Positions 12,224 through 25,244 are shown, numbered from the stretch's first letter. The stretch: DNA of 64,000 nucleotides from Mobula hypostoma (GCF_963921235.1 NC_086097.1:249304001-249368000); one strand, 5' to 3'. Notes: generated by a model not told the origin, from the letters alone. Made by a program: numbers and translations.

Positions 12224-12964
12224 TAGTGGAGAGAACATTGACTGGCTGTATCACAGCCTGGTATGCAGACACTAATGTCCTTGAACGGAAAAGCCCATGA
12301 AGGATGGTCCAGTACATCACAGTAAAGCCTTCACTATAATATATTGTTATTAATACATTAATATTATTAATCATTAATAAATTAATAGGGCTATTAATTG
12401 TTATTAATAATTAATTGGGAAGATGTGGAAACTTTAGAGCGGGTGCAAAGGGGATTTACCAGTGTTTTGCTTGGACTAGAGGTTATGTCTTATGAAATCA
12501 GGTTTAATTTTTCTCTTTGCAGCAAAGGAGGAGACTTGATAGAGGAGTACAAAATGATAAGCATGGATGGAGTGGGTAGCCAGAGACTTTTTCCCCGGTG
12601 TTGGAACAGCATACGTAAGGAGACATAATTTTCAGGTGATTGGAGGAAAGTATGGTGGTGGGGGGGGGGAAGATGTCAGAGGTAAGTTCTTCACACACAG
12701 AGTTGCAAGCACACGGAACGCCCTGCCAGGGAAGGTGGTAGAGACAGATATATTCCAAACGTTATAAATCTCTTGGGCACATGGGTGATTGAAAAGTGGA
12801 GAGCTCTATGGGAGGGAAGGATTAGATTGACCTTAGAGTAGATTAACAGATTGCCATGACGTTGTGGTTCAAAGGGCCTGGACTGTACTGTAAAACTCTA
12901 TGTTCTATAAATACAGGTGCATACCACATGGAACTGGATATATCTACATTATAAATGGATATAT

Positions 12965-13355
12965 ATTATTATCATTATGTGCCATATCGTATGACATGAG
13001 CAATCATGGTCTTCCATCTGTTGACCATGATTGTTCTTGACAAATGTTTCTACAGAAGTGGTTTGCCATTGCCTTCTTCTGGGCAGTGTCTTTACAAGAC
13101 CGGTCACTCCAGCCATTATCAATAATCTTCAGAGATTGTCTGCCTGGCATCAGTGGTCGCATAACCAGGACTTGTGATCTGCAACAGCTTCTCGCACGGC
13201 CATCCACCACCTGCTCCCGTGGCTTCACATGACCCTGATTGGGGGCGGGGGGGTGCGGGCTCAGCAGGTGCTACACGTCGCCCAAGGGTGACCTGCAGGA
13301 TGGGGGGAGGAGGAGCATCTTACACCTCCTTTTGCAAAGATGTATCTCTACCCCA
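12965..13355 (-). mobile_element. RTE/BovB-related short element
   Basis: Minus strand carries AGAAGGCAATGGCAAACCACTTCTGTA (BovB/Bov-A-like) and an (AAT/GAT)n tail. Confidence 0.6.
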
Positions 13356-14574
13356 TCACCGTATATATAGGTATATACATGTATAATTATCTGTCCATAA
13401 TACATTATGCAACTAACTGTTTGTATTACTTAGCTTTCTTTGTGTTTTTAGTCATAATTTAATTTGTAACCTCTCGCCACAGGCTGGTAATAAATTAGCT
13501 ATTACTGTGAATTCAACCTAAAAGTAACATGGAAATAACGATCAAAAGGTCATTTCCATTAAATAAACACTTTTAGGGTAAATATGATCCAGGTGAGTAC
13601 AAACACAAAAGTTTGAACATTCCTTCTCAGGAAAACGAGAGCAGCTACTGGATGAATATTGACACGCCCATCCTTTTTGCCAGGAAGCAATCATTTAACT
13701 CATGCCAGTATAAAGTTAGATCAAAATTGTACTGACAAAATATTTTAAACTATAACAAACACAATATTGTTATATAATACAAAATAAAGAAAAGGCCCCA
13801 TCGTATCTATAAATAATAGTCTATATCGTGCAGGTAATCACTGGAGTTCATTGTTGCATGATCAATCCAGTTTGCTTCACTTTGTTTGCTCACGATACTG
13901 AAATGGCTTTGTGTTGAAGAACCTGTCCCAGGAAATAAATATTCAAGCAACGTCCTAGGTGAAAAAAACTATCTCAAACTTCCTTCAAAGTCATGTTCTA
14001 ACTAACTAACTAAAGGCTATTTGTACACTCTCGGTGAGACCATAGTCTACATGAGGATTTTCCAACATCTGTATCTGCCCTTCCAAATGGGTTCTGTGAG
14101 CATTCCAATGTGTTCTTCTCCAATGTTTGTTGTCCATTTCTATTTTCCCCGATCTTCTTCCACACTCTCTTGAAAATTCTATTGGCTAATTCAACAAGCC
14201 AAACTTAATCAACTGAGTTATTATTTTAAACAGCAAAACAAATGAAATACTCGATTGTATGAAGTAATTAACGGAACATTTCTGGCATCTTGAGAAAATC
14301 TGCAGAAAATACCCAACAGCATAACAGTACGAGTAAAATAATGCATGGTCTTAAACCAGGGTATTACATCCACTATAAATTATTGCTTTAATAAAATAAT
14401 AGCAAGGCACAGCTTTTACTTTTAAACTTCAAAGTTCTGCTGTGTTTCCATTAGCAATTCTCAGATTAATTTTCTGAAATTCTGAGAGTTCCACTGAATT
14501 TTCTCACTAATGGTTCTTTTCCATTCTCGGCCTTTCTGTGCTGTTCTATAACCGTGAGCATGTCCCATTGAACA

Positions 14575-15355
14575 AAGAACATTAACACTACAGCACAGTA
14601 CAGGCCCTTTGCTCCACCACGTTCTGTTGATATTTTAACCTACTCCAAGTCTATCTAATCCTTCCTTCCTGCATAGCTTTCCATTTTTCTATCATCCATG
14701 TACCTGTCTAAGAGCCTCTTAAATGTTCTCATGCACTCACCACTCTGTGCAAAAACTTATATCTCCCCTATATTTTGACAATCCCCCCCTGTAATTCCCC
14801 CAAACACCTTAAAATTTTGTGCTCTTGTATTAGTCATTTTCCACACTAGGAAATAAAAAGTCTCTGGCTGTCCATTGTATCTATGCTTCTTATCATCTTG
14901 TACACCTTGGTCACCACTCATCCTCCTTCACTCCAAAGTGAAAAGCCCTAGAATGCTCAACTTTTCCTCATGAGACATGCTCTCTAATACAAGCAGCATC
15001 CTGGTAAATCTCCTCTGCACACTCTCTAAAACTTCCACATCTTTCCTATAATGGGGTGACCAGAACTGAACTCAATATTCCGAGTGTGATCTGATCAGGG
15101 TTTTATAGAGCTGCAATACTACCTTGAGGTTCTTGTACTGAATCCCCTGACTAATGAAAGCCAACACAACATACACTTTCTTAACCACCCTACCAACTTG
15201 ATATGGACCCCAAGATCCCTCTGTTCCTCCACACTGCTCAGAATCCTCTCATTAAACTTGTATTCTACTTCCACGTTCGACCTTCCAAAGTGACTCACTT
15301 CATACTCCTCAGAATTGAACTCCATCTGCCACTTCTCAGCCCAGCTCTGTATCCG
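14575..15355 (-). mobile_element. CR1 LINE 3' fragment
   Basis: WAEKWQMEFNSEEYEVSHFGRSN...EEQRDLGVH. Confidence 0.85.
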
Positions 15356-15984
15356 GGCTCTGCTAAAACTAGTTCTGTGGTTGTGGGGCTTACTTTCAAG
15401 TACAATATGGTTCATGCTCTGTGGATTGTTGCCTTTGCTTTTTCTTATAATCATTTACACAATTTGTTCTGTCTTTTTCTCACTGGATGTTTGACTGCTT
15501 TTTTTGTGTGGGTTTTTTTCATGAATTCTATTGTGTTTCTTTGATTTGTGGCTGCCTGCAAGAAGATGAATCTCCAGGTTGTAATGATGTACATACATTA
15601 ATAATAAAAGTTCAGAGTCTAAGTACAATCAAACCCAGTTGGATTTCCAGCATCTGCAAAATCTCTTGTGTCTGGGATCTCCCTCTTGCTGGCTCATTTT
15701 AAACACTCCAGATCTCTAAATCACTATTGCTTTGAAACTCAAGGGAAATTCCCCTTCCCACTTTAAAATTCATGATAGTCAAACCATCTGCCACAGTATA
15801 ATTAGATGTAGTTAGCACAACATAATCAGATATAGCCAATTTTATTTTAAACAATCACAATTAGTGCTGGTTATATCTTACAGAATTATATGGCATATTA
15901 GAGGATACTCTTAATGTTATCCACGGGTTGTAACAATATATAGAGATATGTACCTCTGTCAATATCCACAGGATGTACATTGAA

Positions 15985-16365
15985 AAGAGGAAATCTCATT
16001 GAAACCTATCAAATACTGAAAGGTCTGGATAGAGTGGGTGTTCCAATAGTGGGGGAGTCTGGGACCAGAGGGCACAGCCTCAGAATAAAGGGCATCCCTT
16101 TAGAACAGAGATGAGGAGAGATTTCTTAGCAAGAGGGTGGTGAATCTGTAGAACTCTCTGCCACTGATGGCTGTGAAGGCCAAGTCATTGGGTATACTTA
16201 AAGCGGAGGTTGATAGGATCTTGATTAGTCAGGGTGTCAAAGGTTATGGGGAGAAGGCAGGAGAATGGGTTTGAGAGGGATAATAAATCAGCCATGATGG
16301 AATGGTGGATCAGACTTGATGGTATGAGCTGCTAATTCTGCTCCTAGGTCTTATGGTGTTATGGT
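15985..16365 (+). mobile_element. CR1 3' end
   Basis: TRGHSLRIKGHPFRTEMRR motif and a (ttatgg) tail. Confidence 0.8.
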
Positions 16366-17059
16366 TACACCCATTTATTCAAGTTCAAGTACAAATTTAA
16401 TTGTCATTCAACCATACAGATGAATACACCAAAACAAAACAGTTTTCCTCTGGGGTCAAGGTACAAAACAGAGTACCAACAGTCACACACAGCACATATA
16501 CTTACGATAGCATAAAAACGTACCGTCACAGCAAATCTAGGCCAAGTCCCTGAGTGTTGTGGCCTGCAGATTGACGGTGCATGGGATCGTGTCCTGCAGA
16601 CACGTTTCTGCAAGAACAAACGCTTGTCGTGCGCTGGTGCAGCTGCAGACGAACGCAACCCAGCTTGTCTTCCACCGAGCAAACACAGGAGAGCAGCATC
16701 ACGGGAAGGGGTCAGCCCCCAACCCAGCACCCTCTCCAGCTCTTTCCCACACTACCCTGGGCGGCTGCAGCCGGCAACCGCACAGGATGAGGGTTTGATC
16801 CCTGCAACAGCCAAGGCCACGCGGCTCCCCCGTGCACAAGCTCCAATTCACTGCCACTGCCTACTGGATAGACCTGCAGTAATTGATGTTCTTGGTAACT
16901 AGCGGTGTCTTGTGATCGTGCAAAAAGCACAAAGGACGAACAATTACACCTTTGTTTGGACCCAGAGAGGCTGGTGCAACTTAGTACACTGCCACGCTTC
17001 CAGTGTGAGGGTATAAAACAACAGAATTTACATGCACCAAACACACTAATACGTCTGTG

Positions 17060-17250
17060 CTGCTGGTGTAGTTGTATCTGTACCCAGACTACACAACAAG
17101 AGGTTCCGGGTTCGAATCCGCGCGGTTCCTTGCACGCTTTCCATCCAAGCTGGGTTGAGCGTCGAGCTCGCAACTCATAAAACAGACAAATGCTAAAGAA
17201 ATGACAAGATTGATGCCCAATGCGCCAAACAGGGTGTGGGGAGGAAATTT
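17060..17250 (+). mobile_element. tRNA-derived SINE, degenerate
   Basis: Canonical B box GGTTCGAATCC at ~17109; no complete tRNA cloverleaf seen. Confidence 0.5.
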
Positions 17251-18459
17251 AACACACTAGTAAAATTATATGCACTATTGATAAAATTGATATTCATACA
17301 ACATCAGACACAGGAGCAGAATGAAGCCATTCAGCCCATCAAATCTGCTCCACCATCCCATCATGGCTGATCTATTATCCTTCTCAACCCCATTCTCCCA
17401 ACATTCTTCCCTTAAGGGTCTTTTAAGAGACTCTTAGATAGGTACATGAAGCTTAGAAAAATAGAGGGCTATGCGGTAGAGAAATTCTAGGCCGTTTTTA
17501 GAGTGGGCTACATGGTCAGCGCAACATTGTGGGCCAAAGGGCCTGTAATGTGCTGTAGGTTTCTATGCTCTATGTTCTATGCAACCTTTGATGCCCTTAC
17601 TAATCAAGAACCTATCAACCTTTGCTTTAAATATACCCAATGACTTGGCCTTCACAGCAATCTGTGGCAATGAATTCCACAGATTCACCACCCTCTGGCT
17701 AAAGAAATTCTTCCTCATCTCTTTTCTAAATGGATGTCCTTTTATTCTGAGGCTGTGCCCTCTGGTGCTAGACTCCCCGACTATAGGAAGCATCCTTTCC
17801 ATGTCCACTCTACCTAGGCCATATTAATGACTTTATCCTCCACATTAACCAAATATACCAACCCACAAATTGTTAGATATGCCAGCCACAAAATGGATAT
17901 GTCTTTCACAATATAACTAGATAAATGTTCCCAGGTGGAAGTGAATGCAATAGCCACAGGTTGAGCGAGTAGATCCTTTCTCTGTAGAGCAAGGTTCCCA
18001 AGAGGAAATTACCGTAATAGCCATACTATTTGTTGGTTAGGTTGAGCGAGCTGGAGCCTTTTTCTGTGGTGCAGAGGAGGAGAGGGGATTTGATAGAGGC
18101 ATGCAAGATGATAGAGTAGGCAGCCAGAGACGATTCCCAGGGTGCAAATGGATACTACGTGAGGGCATAACTTCAAGGTGATTGGTGGAAAGTATTGGGG
18201 GGGGGGATGTCTGAGGTTTTACAGAGAGGGGTGGGTGTGTGGAACACCTTGTCGGGGGTGGTGGTAGAGGCAGGTATATTAGGGGCATTAAAGCAACTCT
18301 TAGTCAGACACAAGGATGACAGAACAACGGAGGGCTGCACGGCTGAGTGTTTGGGCACTATGGTAGTGTAGTGGTCAGCAGGACACCATTACAGCTCAGG
18401 GGATCCCGGAGTTCAGAGTTCAATTCCAGTCCTGTTCTGGAAGGAGTCTCTGTACATGG

Positions 18460-19535
18460 TGTTACACCATGTACCCGATGGCAACAGCCTCCAGGGCTTA
18501 GACGCTCTACCCCTCTGGGATATGCATAGCTGGTCATAGTCATAGTCATACTTTATTGATCCCGGGGGAAATTGGTTTTCGTTACAGTTGCACCATAAAT
18601 AATAAATAGTAATAGAACCATAAATAGTTAAATAATAATATGTAAATTATGGCAGTAAATAATGAAATGTCCAGGACCAGCCTATTGGCTCAGGGTGTCT
18701 GACCCTCCAAGGGAGGAGTTGTAAAGTTTGATGGCCACAGGCAGGAATGACTTCCTATGACGCTCTGCGCTGTATCTCGGTGGAATGAGTCTCTGGCTGA
18801 AAGTACTCCTGTGCCCAACCAGTACATTATGTAGTGGATGGGAGACATTGTCCAAGATGGCATGCAACTTGGACAGCATCCTCTTTTCAGACACCACCGT
18901 GAGAGAGTCCAGTTCCATCCCCACAACATCACTGGCCTTACGAATGAGTTTGTTGATTCTGTTGGTGTCTGCTACCCTCAGCCTGCTGCCCCAGCACACA
19001 ACAGCAAACATGATAGCACTGGCCACCACAGACTCGTAGAACATCCTCAGCATCGTCCGGCAGATGTTAAAGGACCTCAGTCTCCTCAGAAATAGAGACG
19101 GCCCTGACCCTTCTTGTAGACAGCCTCAGTGTTCTTTGACCAGTCCAGTTTATTGTCAATACGTATCCCCAGGTATTTGTAATCCTCCACCATGTCCACA
19201 TTGACCCCCTGGATGGAAACAGGGGTCACCGGTACCTTAGCTCTCCTCAGGTCTACCACCAGCTCCTTAGTCTTTTTCACATTAAGCTGTAGATAAGGTG
19301 AGGTCCCGTTAAAGATTCAGGGCCACCCCGCTAATTACAGCCATCTTTTGATGCCAGGACTTTTATGTTTATAGAGTACCAGAACTGAGGTTCAGTGCTC
19401 AATCATTAGCTCTATTTGGATTATTGTCTAGCGTCTAGTTATGACGATACTCTGATCGTGTTTCAGTCTCATATTGCGTCTTGATCCTAATCTCAGATGC
19501 TCCAGCACTGGGGTCCTCGCCTAGGTCTCGTCACA
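18460..19535 (+). repeat. 5' LTR, interrupted by a Rex1 insertion at 18535-19296
   Basis: 18460-18534 joined to 19297-19535 aligns with 26610-26944 (e.g. ttaaagattcagg.ccaccccgct; ggattat.gtctagc.tctagtta). Confidence 0.88.
18535..19296 (-). mobile_element. Young Rex1/Babar LINE 3' portion with (ACTATG)n tail
   Basis: KKTKELVVDLRR...YKYLGIRIDNKLDW and MLRMFYESVVASAIMFAVVCW...SFLPVAIKLYN; one frameshift; GGT at both junctions. Confidence 0.9.
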
Positions 19536-19552
19536 GTACGACTGAGCCAGAC

Positions 19553-20465
19553 ATGGACCCAGCAGGGTATCAGAGTCCCTTGTCCACTGCGGCCAGCCAC
19601 AGCCGGATGATTTCCAGACAGAGCCTGGAGATACACGGCCTCCAGGTCACCAGCTATCACCAGGAGGAATCTGGAGTCGCTCGGGTGAGGCTGTCAGTCT
19701 CTCTGCGGAGCCAATACATCTTCCAATCCCAAGGAGATTTGCTGGTGACCCAGGCTCTTGATGTGACTTCCTTACTCAGTTCCAACTCCAGCTGGCCCGG
19801 TTCCCTGCGGAGCGTGGAAAGTGGTCTTCAAGATCTCGTTCCTGACCAGGAGCGCGCTGGCTTGGGCCACCATGCATTGGGAGCGGTGGTTGGAGATCTG
19901 CGCAGATTCGGAGGAACTCAAGGCCAGCATGAGGAGGTGGCTCCATCATCCTGCCAGAGCAAGCCGAGCCTCGGACTATCTGATGAGGGTGTGTCAGGGC
20001 TGTCGGTCGGTGGCTAACTCCGCTATTGAGTTTCAGAATTTGTACCAAGAGAGTGGCTGGAACGAGAAGGCCTACCACGGACTCCGAGATGAACTAAAGC
20101 ATACCCTCACCTTGGGGGAGTAGGTAGAGGACTTACCAGCCCATCTCCTCGATAATCACCTGGTGGAGAAAAAGTGGAAACACCTCAAGAGGTTGAAGAA
20201 GACTAGTCTGACCCCAGCTTCAACACATCGCAGTTCCACTCCCCAACCTTGGACAACAAGCGACCGGCCTGTCTCCAGTTCAGGATTTTGTCGAGCACAT
20301 GCAGATCGGTTGCACAAGACTCTCCACTGATGAGAGGTCCCGGCGTTGGAGTCAGGGTTGCTGCGATTACTGTGGGGAAGCAGGTCACCAGCGGATCGAA
20401 TGTCCGAAGCTGCAGCTCCATCAGGAAATTGCTTAGATCTCCCAGCGTTGGGAGGACTGTGATGT
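19553..20465 (+). pseudogene. Sushi-type gag remnant (capsid-like region plus CCHC zinc knuckle)
   Basis: Starts MDPAG; ISFLTRSALAWATMHWE...QGCRSVANSAIEFQNLYQESGWNE; knuckle [14 protein letters not shown] at 20362-20403; frameshifted. Confidence 0.85.
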
Positions 20466-20469
20466 TAGC

Positions 20470-22990
20470 AGCAATGAACCAGAATTGATTAGAGAGCTTA
20501 AGGTAAAAGAACCCTATAGGGAAAGTGATCAATAATACAATCAACTTCACCTTGAAATTTGAGAAGGAGAAGCTAAATTCAGGTGTATCAGTATTACAGT
20601 GGAGTAAAGAGTATTACGGAAGCATGAGAGGGGAGCTGGCCAAAATTGATTGGAAAAGAACACTGGCGGGATGACAACAGAGCAGCAATGGTTAGAATTT
20701 CTGGAAGTAATTTGGACAGCACAGGATATATATGTTCCAAAGAGGAAGTATTCTAAAGGCAAGAAGGCTCAACCAGGGCTGACAAGGGAAGTGAAAGCCA
20801 ACATAAAAGCCAAAGACAGGTCATAAAATAGAACAAAAAATGGGGGATGGGAAGGCAACTAAAAAACTTATTAAGAAGGTAAAGATAGAATATGAAAGTA
20901 AGCCAGCCAATAGTATTAAAAAGGATACCAAAACTTCCTTCAGATACATTAAGTATAAAACAGAGGAAAGAGTGGACATTGGACTACTGGAAAACTATGC
21001 TGGAGAGGTAGTAATCGGGAACAAGGAAATTGCGGATGAACTAAGTAAGTATTTTGCACCAGCCTTCACTGTGGAAGACACTAGCAGTATGGTGGAAGTT
21101 CCAGGAGGCAGGGGGTCATGAACTGTGTGAAGTTACCATAACCAGAGAGAAGGTTCTTGGGAAACTGAAAGGTCTGAAGGTAGATAAGTCACTTGGAACA
21201 GATGGTGTACACCCCAGGGTTCTGAAAGAGGTGGCTGAAGAGATTAGGGAGGCATTAGTAATGATCTTTCAAGAATCACTAGATTCTGGAATGGTACCAG
21301 AAGACTGAAAAACTGCAAACATCGCTTCACTCTCCAAGAAGGGAGAAAAGGCAGAAGAAAGGAAACTATGGGCCAGTTAGTCTGACCTCAGTGGTTGGGG
21401 AGGTGTCGGAGTTGAATGTTAAGGATTATTAAGCTGGGGTACTTGGAGGCACATGATAAAATAGGTTGTAGTCAGCATAGTTTCCTCAAGGGAAAACCTT
21501 GCCTGACAAATCTTCTGCAATTCTTTGAGGAAATAACAAGCAGGATAGACAAGGGAGAGTCAGTCGATGTTGTGTACTAGGATTTTCAGAAGGTCTTTGA
21601 CAAGGTGCCACACATGAGGCTGCTTACCAAGCTATGAGCCCATGGTATTACAGGAAAGATTCTAGCATGGATAAAGCAGTGGCTGATTGGCAGGAGGCAA
21701 AGAGTGGGAATAAAGGGAGCCTTTTCTGACTGGCTGCCAGTGACTAGTGGTGTTCCACAGGGGGCTGTGTTGGGACCGATTCTTTTTACATTATATGTCA
21801 ATGATTTGGATGATGGAATTGATGGCTTTGTTGCAAAGTTTGCAGACCACGTGAAGATAGGTGCTGGGCAGGTACTTTTGAGGAAGTAGAGAGGCTACAG
21901 AAGGATGTAGACAGACTAGGAGAATTGGCAAAGAAATAGCAGATGGAATACAGTGTCAGGAAGTGTATAGTCATGCACTTTGGTAGAAGAAATGGAAGGG
22001 TTGACTATTTTCTAAATGGAGAGAAAATACAAAAGCCTGAGGTGTAAAGGGATTTGGGAGTCCTTGTGCAGGATTCCCTGAAGGTTAATTTGCAGGTTGA
22101 GTCTGTGGTGAGGAAGGCAAATGGGATGTTAGCATTCATTTCAAGAGGGCTAGAATGTAAAAGCAAGGGTGTCATGTTGAGACTTTTTAAAGCACTGGAG
22201 AGGCCTCACTTGGAGTGTTGTGAGCAGTTTTGGGCCCTTCCCTGAGGCTGTGACCCTGCTGAACCTCACATCACAGCGCTAAGCAGTATTGCACCCGTAT
22301 TGTACTGTCTCAGTACTTTTATATTTGTGTGCTGTAGCACTTACTTTTTATTCACAGTTATTTTGTAAATAACACTATTCTTTGCACTTCTGGTTAGTTG
22401 CTAACTGCATTTCATTGGCTTTGTATCTGTACTCAGCACAATGACAATAAAGTTGAATCTAATCTAATCTTATCATAGAAAGGATGTGCTGAAACTGGAG
22501 AGGGTTCAAAGGAGGTTCACAAAAATGATTCCAGGTTTGAACAGCTTGTCATATGAAGAGAGCTTGATGGACCTGGGCCTGTATTCAATCGAATTAAAAG
22601 AATGAGGGGTGACCTAATTGAAACCCATCGAATGGTGAAAGGCCCTGATAGAGTGGATGTGGAGAGGATGCTCCCTATGATGGGAGAGTCTAAGACAAGA
22701 ATACAACCTCAAAATAGAGGGGCATTTTTTTAGAAAGAAGATGAGGAGGAATTTCTTTAGCCAGAGGGTGGTGAATCTGTGGAATTCTTTGCCACGGGCA
22801 GCTGTGGAGGCCAGGTCTTCATGTATCTTTAAGGCAGAGGTTGATAGATTCTTGGTTGAACATAAAGGGATATGGGGGGAAGGCAGGAGATTTGGAGTGA
22901 CAGGAAAAATGGATCAGCCTTGGTGAAATGGCAGAGCAAACTCGATGGGCCAAATGGCCTGATTCTGTTCCTCTATCTAACGGTCTTATG
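20470..22990 (+). mobile_element. Older CR1 ORF2 inserted in the Gypsy element, with a short LINE tail inserted at ~22243-22470
   Basis: VPQGAVLGPILFTLYVNDLD...KFAD and RPHLECCEQFW motifs, many stops; the inner insert ends caataaagttgaatctaatctaatct. Confidence 0.88.
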
Positions 22991-23387
22991 GAAGGGAGGG
23001 AGGATCATTGCATGGTCCAGTTGTTGCAAGAAGGTATGTTTTCGGCTTGGTCTTCCAACCCCCAGACTCTCCCGACTCCAGCAGTTAATGACGGGGTGGA
23101 CTTTTGCTTGGGATAACCTCGAGCCTCAGAGAGCCAGTCCTACCTTCAGGGGCAGCCAAGCTGGCTCTGGCCAACAGAACTGTGCGAGTCCCACCCCTGC
23201 CTAGTCAGGGGGTGCACTGGGACCAGGGAAAGGGGAGCTCTAGTTCAGGAGCAAGCCAAGGAGGTGCCAAGCTGTCTGGAACTCCGACAGCTAACCTAAG
23301 GGATCCAGCCGCAAGATCCTGAATCAAGGAAAGACTCCTAAACGCAGCCTAGTCCTGGGAGCACAAAGACCATTTGTAATACAAACA

Positions 23388-25244
23388 GTGTTGTCTCAAT
23401 GGACACCTTTGGACAGTAAACTACACCCATGTGCATTCCTCTCCAGGAGGCTATCTCCGGCAGAGGTGAACCACGAAATTGTGAAGGATAATCCAAAGAG
23501 CTTTTACAGGTATATTAAGAGCAAAAGGATTGTAAGGGATAAAATTGGTCCTCTTGAAGATCAGAGTGGTCGGCTTTGTGCGGAACCAAAGGAAATGGGG
23601 GAGATCTTAAATAGGTTTTTTGCGTCTGTATTTACTAAGGAAACTGGCATGAAATCTATGGAATTGAGGGAAACGAGTAGTGAGACCATGACAACTGTAC
23701 AGATTGAAAAGGAGGAGGTGCTTGCTGTCTTGAGGAAAATTAAAGTGGATAAATCCCCGGGACCTGACAGGGTGTTCCCTCGGACCTTGAAGGAGACTAG
23801 TGTTGAAATTGCAGGGGCCTTGGCTGAAATATTTAAAATGTTGCTGTCTACAGGTGAGGTGCCGGAGGATTGGAGAGTGGCTCATGTTGTTCCATTGTTT
23901 AAAAAAGGATCGAAAAGAAATCCGGGAAATTATAGGCCGGTAAGTTTAACGTCGGTAGTAGGTAAGTTATTGGAGGGAGTACTAAGAGACAGAATCTACA
24001 AGCATTTGGATAGACAGGGACTTATTAGGGAGAGTCAACATGGCTTTGTGCGTGGTAGGTCATGTTTGACCAATCTCTTGGAGTTTTTCAAGGAGGTTAC
24101 CAGGAAAGTGGATGAAGGGAAGGCAGTGGATATTGTTTACATGGACTTCAGTAAGGCCTTTGATAAGGTCCCGCATGGGAGGTTAGTTAGGAAAATTCAG
24201 TCGCTAGGTATACATGGAGAGGTGGTAAATTGGATTAGACATTGGTTCAATGGTAGAAGCCAAAGAGTGGCAGTAGAGAATTGCTTCTCCGAGTGGAGGC
24301 CTGTGACTAGTGGTGTGCCACAGGGATCAGTGCTGGGTCCATTGTTATTTGTCATCTATATCAATGATCTGGATAATAATGTGGTAAAATGGATCAGCAA
24401 ATTTGCTGATGATACAAAGATTGGAGGTGTAGTAGAGAGTGAGGAAGGTTTCCAGAGCCTGCAGAGGGACTTGGACCAGCTGGAAAAATGGGCGGAAAAA
24501 TGGCAGATGGAGTTTAATACTGACAAGTGTGAGGTATTGCATGTTGGAAGGACAAACCAAGGTAGAACTTACATGGTTAATGGTAAGGCACTGAGGAATG
24601 CAGTAGAACAGAGGGATCTGGGAATACAGATACAAAATTCCCTAAAAGTGGCGTCACAGGTAGATAGGGTCGTAAAGAGAGCTTTTGGTACATTGGCCTT
24701 TATTAATCAAAGTATTGAGTATAAGAGCTGGAATGTTATGATGAGGTTGTATAAGGCATTGGTGAGGCCGAATCTGGAGTATTGTGTGCAGTTTTGGTCA
24801 CCAAATTACAGGAAGGATATAAATAAGGTTGAAAGAGTGCAGAGAAGGTTTACAAGGATGTTGCTGGGACTTGAGAAACTCAGTTACAGAGAAAGGTTGA
24901 ATAGGTTAGGACTTTATTCCCTGGAGCATAGAAGAATGAGGGGAGATTTGATAGAGGTATATAAAATTATGACGGGTATAGATAGAGTAAATGCAAGCAG
25001 GCTTTTTCCACTGAGACAAGGGGAGAAAAAAACCAGAGCACATGGGTTAAGGGTGAGGGGGGAAAAGTTTAAAGGGAAGATTAGGGGGGGCTTCTTCACA
25101 CAGAGAGTGGTGGGAGTATGGAATGAGCTGCCAGACGAGGTGGTAAATGCGGGTTCTTTTTTAACATTTAAGAATAAATTGGACAGATACATGGATGGGA
25201 GGAGTATAGAGGGATATGGTCCGTGTGCAGGTCAGTGGGACTAG
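23388..25244 (+). CDS. 618-codon chimeric ORF: ~31 aa of Gypsy RNase H fused in frame to a 5'-truncated, uninterrupted CR1 ORF2 (reverse transcriptase)
   Basis: VLSQ..DSKLHPCAFLSRRLSPAEVNHEI (Ty3/Gypsy RNase H) followed by NPKSFYRYIK, PGPD, YRPVSLTS, QHGF, DFSKAFD, GVPQGSVLGP, KFADD. No 5' ATG; expression is not shown. Confidence 0.8.
   Translation: MLSQWTPLDSKLHPCAFLSRRLSPAEVNHEIVKDNPKSFYRYIKSKRIVRDKIGPLEDQSGRLCAEPKEMGEILNRFFASVFTKETGMKSMELRETSSETMTTVQIEKEEVLAVLRKIKVDKSPGPDRVFPRTLKETSVEIAGALAEIFKMLLSTGEVPEDWRVAHVVPLFKKGSKRNPGNYRPVSLTSVVGKLLEGVLRDRIYKHLDRQGLIRESQHGFVRGRSCLTNLLEFFKEVTRKVDEGKAVDIVYMDFSKAFDKVPHGRLVRKIQSLGIHGEVVNWIRHWFNGRSQRVAVENCFSEWRPVTSGVPQGSVLGPLLFVIYINDLDNNVVKWISKFADDTKIGGVVESEEGFQSLQRDLDQLEKWAEKWQMEFNTDKCEVLHVGRTNQGRTYMVNGKALRNAVEQRDLGIQIQNSLKVASQVDRVVKRAFGTLAFINQSIEYKSWNVMMRLYKALVRPNLEYCVQFWSPNYRKDINKVERVQRRFTRMLLGLEKLSYRERLNRLGLYSLEHRRMRGDLIEVYKIMTGIDRVNASRLFPLRQGEKKTRAHGLRVRGEKFKGKIRGGFFTQRVVGVWNELPDEVVNAGSFLTFKNKLDRYMDGRSIEGYGPCAGQWD

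Noticed and set aside
12335..12415. Very AT-rich, partly palindromic tract
   Set aside because: Low-complexity sequence at a junction between decayed LINE fragments, with no consistent unit.
17080..17170. Possible tRNA gene (GGTTCGAATCC)
   Set aside because: No complete cloverleaf or clear A box; it continues into a SINE-like body.
19553..20465. Domesticated PEG10/RTL-like gag gene
   Set aside because: The frame is broken by frameshifts and stops and lies within a decayed LTR element.
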